Assembly (NCBI RefSeq): GCF_009914755.1
Contig: NC_060935.1
Length of the DNA: 64,000 nucleotides
From: the human T2T-CHM13v2.0 reference genome, Homo sapiens
Direction: 5' to 3' (one strand)
Part shown: piece by piece, positions 54,422-64,000 of the stretch
Layout: each line of letters begins with the position of its first letter
How positions within the stretch are numbered: the stretch's first letter is position 1
Made by a program: the position numbers and the translations under genes
The notes under the pieces: model-generated
Told to the model about the DNA's origin: nothing
The model's input: the letters and a program-made list of their open reading frames with translations, nothing else
Databases searched by the model: none

Positions 54422-55438
54422 TTACATTTTGGCATGATTTTGCAGCGGCTGGTACTGATTGTTCCTTTCCATGTTCAGCGCTTCCTTCAGGAGCTCTTTT
54501 AGGGCAGGCCTGGTGGTGACAAAATCTCTCAGCATTTGCTTGTCTGTAAAGGATTTTATTTCTCCTTCACTTATGAAGCTTAGTTTGGCTGGATATGAAA
54601 TTCTGGGTTGAAAATTCTTTTCTTTAAGAATGTTGAATATTGGCCCCCACTCTCTTCTGGCTTGTAGGGTTTCTGCTGAGAGATCTGCTGTTAGTCTGAT
54701 GGGCTTCCCTTTGAGGGTAACCCGACCTTTCTCTCTGGCTGCCCTTAACATTTTTTCCTTCATTTCAACTTTGGTGAATCTGACAATTATGTGTCTTGGA
54801 GTTGCTCTTCTCGAGGAGTATCTTTGTGGCGTTCTCTGTATTTCCTGAATCTGAACATTGGCCTGCCTTGCTAGATTGGGGAAGTTCTCCTGGATAATAT
54901 CCTGCAGAGTGTTTTCCAACTTGGTTCCATTCTCCCCATCACTTTCAGGTACACCAATCAGACGTAGATTTGGTCTTTTCACATAGTCCCATATTTCTTG
55001 GAGGCTTTGCTCGTTTCTTTTTATTCTTTTTTCTCTAAACTTCCCTTCTCGCTTCATTTCATTCATTTCATCTTCCATCGCTGATACCCTTTCTTCCAGT
55101 TGATCGCATCGGCTCCTGAGGCTTCTGCATTCTTCACGTAGTTCTCGAGCCTTGGTTTTCAGCTCCATCAGCTCCTTTAAGCACTTCTCTGTATTGGTTA
55201 TTCTAGTTATACATTCTTCTAAATTTTTTTCAAAGTTTTCAACTTCTTTGCCTTTGGTTTGAATGTCCTCCCGTAGCTCAGAGTAATTTGATCGTCTGAA
55301 GCCTTCTTCTCTCAGCTCGTCAAAGTCATTCTCCATCCAGCTCTGTTCCGTTGCTGGTGAGGAACGGCGTTCCTTTGGAGGAGGAGAAGCGCTCTGTGTT
55401 TTAGAGTTTCCCGTTTTTCTGTTCTGCTTTTTCCCCAT
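54422..55438 (-). CDS. ORF1: L1 ORF1p, intact 338 aa (unit 4)
   Basis: Protein identical to unit 1. Confidence 0.95.
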   Translation of the reverse strand: MGKKQNRKTGNSKTQSASPPPKERRSSPATEQSWMENDFDELREEGFRRSNYSELREDIQTKGKEVENFEKNLEECITRITNTEKCLKELMELKTKARELREECRSLRSRCDQLEERVSAMEDEMNEMKREGKFREKRIKRNEQSLQEIWDYVKRPNLRLIGVPESDGENGTKLENTLQDIIQENFPNLARQANVQIQEIQRTPQRYSSRRATPRHIIVRFTKVEMKEKMLRAAREKGRVTLKGKPIRLTADLSAETLQARREWGPIFNILKEKNFQPRISYPAKLSFISEGEIKSFTDKQMLRDFVTTRPALKELLKEALNMERNNQYQPLQNHAKM

Positions 55439-56328
55439 CTTTGTGGTTTTATCTACCTTTGGTCTTTGATGATGGTGATGTACAGATGGGTTTTTGGTGT
55501 GGATGTCCTTTCTGTTTGTTAGTTTTCCTTCTAACAGAGAGGATCCTCAGCTGCAGGTCTGTTGGAATACCCTGCCATGTGAGGTGTCAGTGTGCCCCTG
55601 CTGGCGGGTGCCTGCCAGTTAGGCTGCTCGGGGGTCAGGGACCCACTTGAGGAGGCAGTCTGCCCGTTTTCAGATCTCCAGCTGCGTGCTGGGAGAACCA
55701 CTGCTCTCTTCAAAGCTGTCAGACAGGGACATTTAAGTATGCAGAGGTTACTGCTGTCTTTTTGTTTGTCTGTGCCCTGTCCCCAGAGGTGGAGCCTACA
55801 GAGGCAGGCAGGCCTCCTTGAGCTGTGGTGGGCTCCACCCAGTTCGAGCATCGGGGCTGCTTTGTTTACCTAAGCAAGCCTGGGCAATGGCGGGCGCCCC
55901 TCCCCCAGCCTCGCTGCCGCCTTGCAGTTTGATCTCAGACTGCTGTGCTAGCAATCAGCGAGACTCCGTGGGCATAGGACCCTCTGAGCCAGGTGCGGGA
56001 TATAATCTCGTGGTGCACCGTTTTTTAAGCCAGTCTGAAAAGCGCAATATTCGGGTGGGAGTGACCCGATTTTCCAGGTGAGTCCGTCACCCCTTTCTTT
56101 GACTCGGAAAGGGAACTCCCTGACCCCTTGCACTTCCCAAGTGAGGCAATGCCTTGCCCTGCTTCGGCTCGTGCAAACCCACTGACCTGCGCCCACTGTC
56201 TGGCACTCCCTAGTGAGATGAACCCGGTACCTCAGATGGAAATGCAGAAATCACCCATCTTCTGCGTCGCTCACGCTGGGAGCTATAGACCGGAGCTGTT
56301 CCTATTCGGCCATCTTGGCTCCTCCTTC
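55439..56328 (-). promoter_or_regulatory. L1 5'UTR (unit 4)
   Basis: Copy of 38540-39429. Confidence 0.9.
55887..56081 (+). CDS. ORF0: L1 ORF0, 64 aa (unit 4)
   Basis: Copy of 38988-39182. Confidence 0.75.
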   Translation: MAGAPPPASLPPCSLISDCCASNQRDSVGIGPSEPGAGYNLVVHRFLSQSEKRNIRVGVTRFSR

Positions 56329-59991
<3,663 letters not shown>

Positions 59992-60054
59992 TATGATGTT
60001 AGTCAGTTATTTTGCTCATTAGTTGATGTAGTTTCTTCCTAGTCTCGATGGTCT

Positions 60055-61071
60055 TTACATTTTGGCATGATTTTGCAGCGGCTGGTACTGATTGTTCCTT
60101 TCCATGTTCAGCGCTTCCTTCAGGAGCTCTTTTAGGGCAGGCCTGGTGGTGACAAAATCTCTCAGCATTTGCTTGTCTGTAAAGGATTTTATTTCTCCTT
60201 CACTTATGAAGCTTAGTTTGGCTGGATATGAAATTCTGGGTTGAAAATTCTTTTCTTTAAGAATGTTGAATATTGGCCCCCACTCTCTTCTGGCTTGTAG
60301 GGTTTCTGCTGAGAGATCTGCTGTTAGTCTGATGGGCTTCCCTTTGAGGGTAACCCGACCTTTCTCTCTGGCTGCCCTTAACATTTTTTCCTTCATTTCA
60401 ACTTTGGTGAATCTGACAATTATGTGTCTTGGAGTTGCTCTTCTCGAGGAGTATCTTTGTGGCGTTCTCTGTATTTCCTGAATCTGAACATTGGCCTGCC
60501 TTGCTAGATTGGGGAAGTTCTCCTGGATAATATCCTGCAGAGTGTTTTCCAACTTGGTTCCATTCTCCCCATCACTTTCAGGTACACCAATCAGACGTAG
60601 ATTTGGTCTTTTCACATAGTCCCATATTTCTTGGAGGCTTTGCTCGTTTCTTTTTATTCTTTTTTCTCTAAACTTCCCTTCTCGCTTCATTTCATTCATT
60701 TCATCTTCCATCGCTGATACCCTTTCTTCCAGTTGATCGCATCGGCTCCTGAGGCTTCTGCATTCTTCACGTAGTTCTCGAGCCTTGGTTTTCAGCTCCA
60801 TCAGCTCCTTTAAGCACTTCTCTGTATTGGTTATTCTAGTTATACATTCTTCTAAATTTTTTTCAAAGTTTTCAACTTCTTTGCCTTTGGTTTGAATGTC
60901 CTCCCGTAGCTCAGAGTAATTTGATCATCTGAAGCCTTCTTCTCTCAGCTCGTCAAAGTCATTCTCCATCCAGCTCTGTTCCATTGCTGGTGAGGAACGG
61001 CGTTCCTTTGGAGGAGGAGAAGCGCTCTGTGTTTTAGAGTTTCCCGTTTTTCTGTTCTGCTTTTTCCCCAT
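60055..61071 (-). pseudogene. ORF1: L1 ORF1 with premature stop R49* (unit 5); also carries T30M
   Basis: ttgatcAtct at 60927 versus ttgatcGtct in the other units (CGA->TGA); a residual 248-aa ORF starts at M91. Confidence 0.92.
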
Positions 61072-61961
61072 CTTTGTGGTTTTATCTACCTTTGGTCTTT
61101 GATGATGGTGATGTACAGATGGGTTTTTGGTGTGGATGTCCTTTCTGTTTGTTAGTTTTCCTTCTAACAGAGAGGATCCTCAGCTGCAGGTCTGTTGGAA
61201 TACCCTGCCATGTGAGGTGTCAGTGTGCCCCTGCTGGCGGGTGCCTGCCAGTTAGGCTGCTCGGGGGTCAGGGACCCACTTGAGGAGGCAGTCTGCCCGT
61301 TTTCAGATCTCCAGCTGCGTGCTGGGAGAACCACTGCTCTCTTCAAAGCTGTCAGACAGGGACATTTAAGTATGCAGAGGTTACTGCTGTCTTTTTGTTT
61401 GTCTGTGCCCTGTCCCCAGAGGTGGAGCCTACAGAGGCAGGCAGGCCTCCTTGAGCTGTGGTGGGCTCCACCCAGTTCGAGCATCGGGGCTGCTTTGTTT
61501 ACCTAAGCAAGCCTGGGCAATGGCGGGCGCCCCTCCCCCAGCCTCGCTGCCGCCTTGCAGTTTGATCTCAGACTGCTGTGCTAGCAATCAGCGAGACTCC
61601 GTGGGCATAGGACCCTCTGAGCCAGGTGCGGGATATAATCTCGTGGTGCACCGTTTTTTAAGCCAGTCTGAAAAGCGCAATATTCGGGTGGGAGTGACCC
61701 GATTTTCCAGGTGAGTCCGTCACCCCTTTCTTTGACTCGGAAAGGGAACTCCCTGACCCCTTGCACTTCCCAAGTGAGGCAATGCCTTGCCCTGCTTCGG
61801 CTCGTGCAAACCCACTGACCTGCGCCCACTGTCTGGCACTCCCTAGTGAGATGAACCCGGTACCTCAGATGGAAATGCAGAAATCACCCATCTTCTGCGT
61901 CGCTCACGCTGGGAGCTATAGACCGGAGCTGTTCCTATTCGGCCATCTTGGCTCCTCCTTC
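61072..61961 (-). promoter_or_regulatory. L1 5'UTR (unit 5)
   Basis: Copy of 38540-39429. Confidence 0.9.
61520..61714 (+). CDS. ORF0: L1 ORF0, 64 aa (unit 5)
   Basis: Copy of 38988-39182. Confidence 0.75.
   Translation: MAGAPPPASLPPCSLISDCCASNQRDSVGIGPSEPGAGYNLVVHRFLSQSEKRNIRVGVTRFSR

Positions 61962-64000
<2,039 letters not shown>

Overview
Primate (human or great-ape-like) genomic DNA with no recognisable host protein-coding gene. The left half (1-33 kb) is an ordinary mosaic of old interspersed repeats: Alu, MIR, L2, MLT1/MLT2/THE1 LTRs, a solo MER11 LTR with a 6-bp target-site duplication (TSD), MER5-type DNA transposons, and old L1s, several nested with visible TSDs. The right half (33 kb to the window end) is a head-to-tail LINE-1 macrosatellite on the minus strand with an exact 5,633-bp period. 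It has 5 complete promoter+ORF1 copies and a 6th unit running off the window. The sequence records how the array formed. A full-length L1PA2-like element (33425-39429) inserted in the same orientation into an older L1PA4/5-like element, with a 13-bp TSD at a TTTTCTT/AA site. A crossover between the two roughly 95%-identical ORF2 ends, mapped to about 40010-40090, then created a chimeric unit that was amplified. The complete units keep the 5'UTR (sense and antisense promoters) and ORF0, and all share four ORF2-inactivating lesions. Four carry an intact 338-aa ORF1 and one has R49*. Only the leftmost copy has a 3'UTR/poly(A). Subfamily names are from recall of consensus sequences, not database searches, and all functional consequences are inference.
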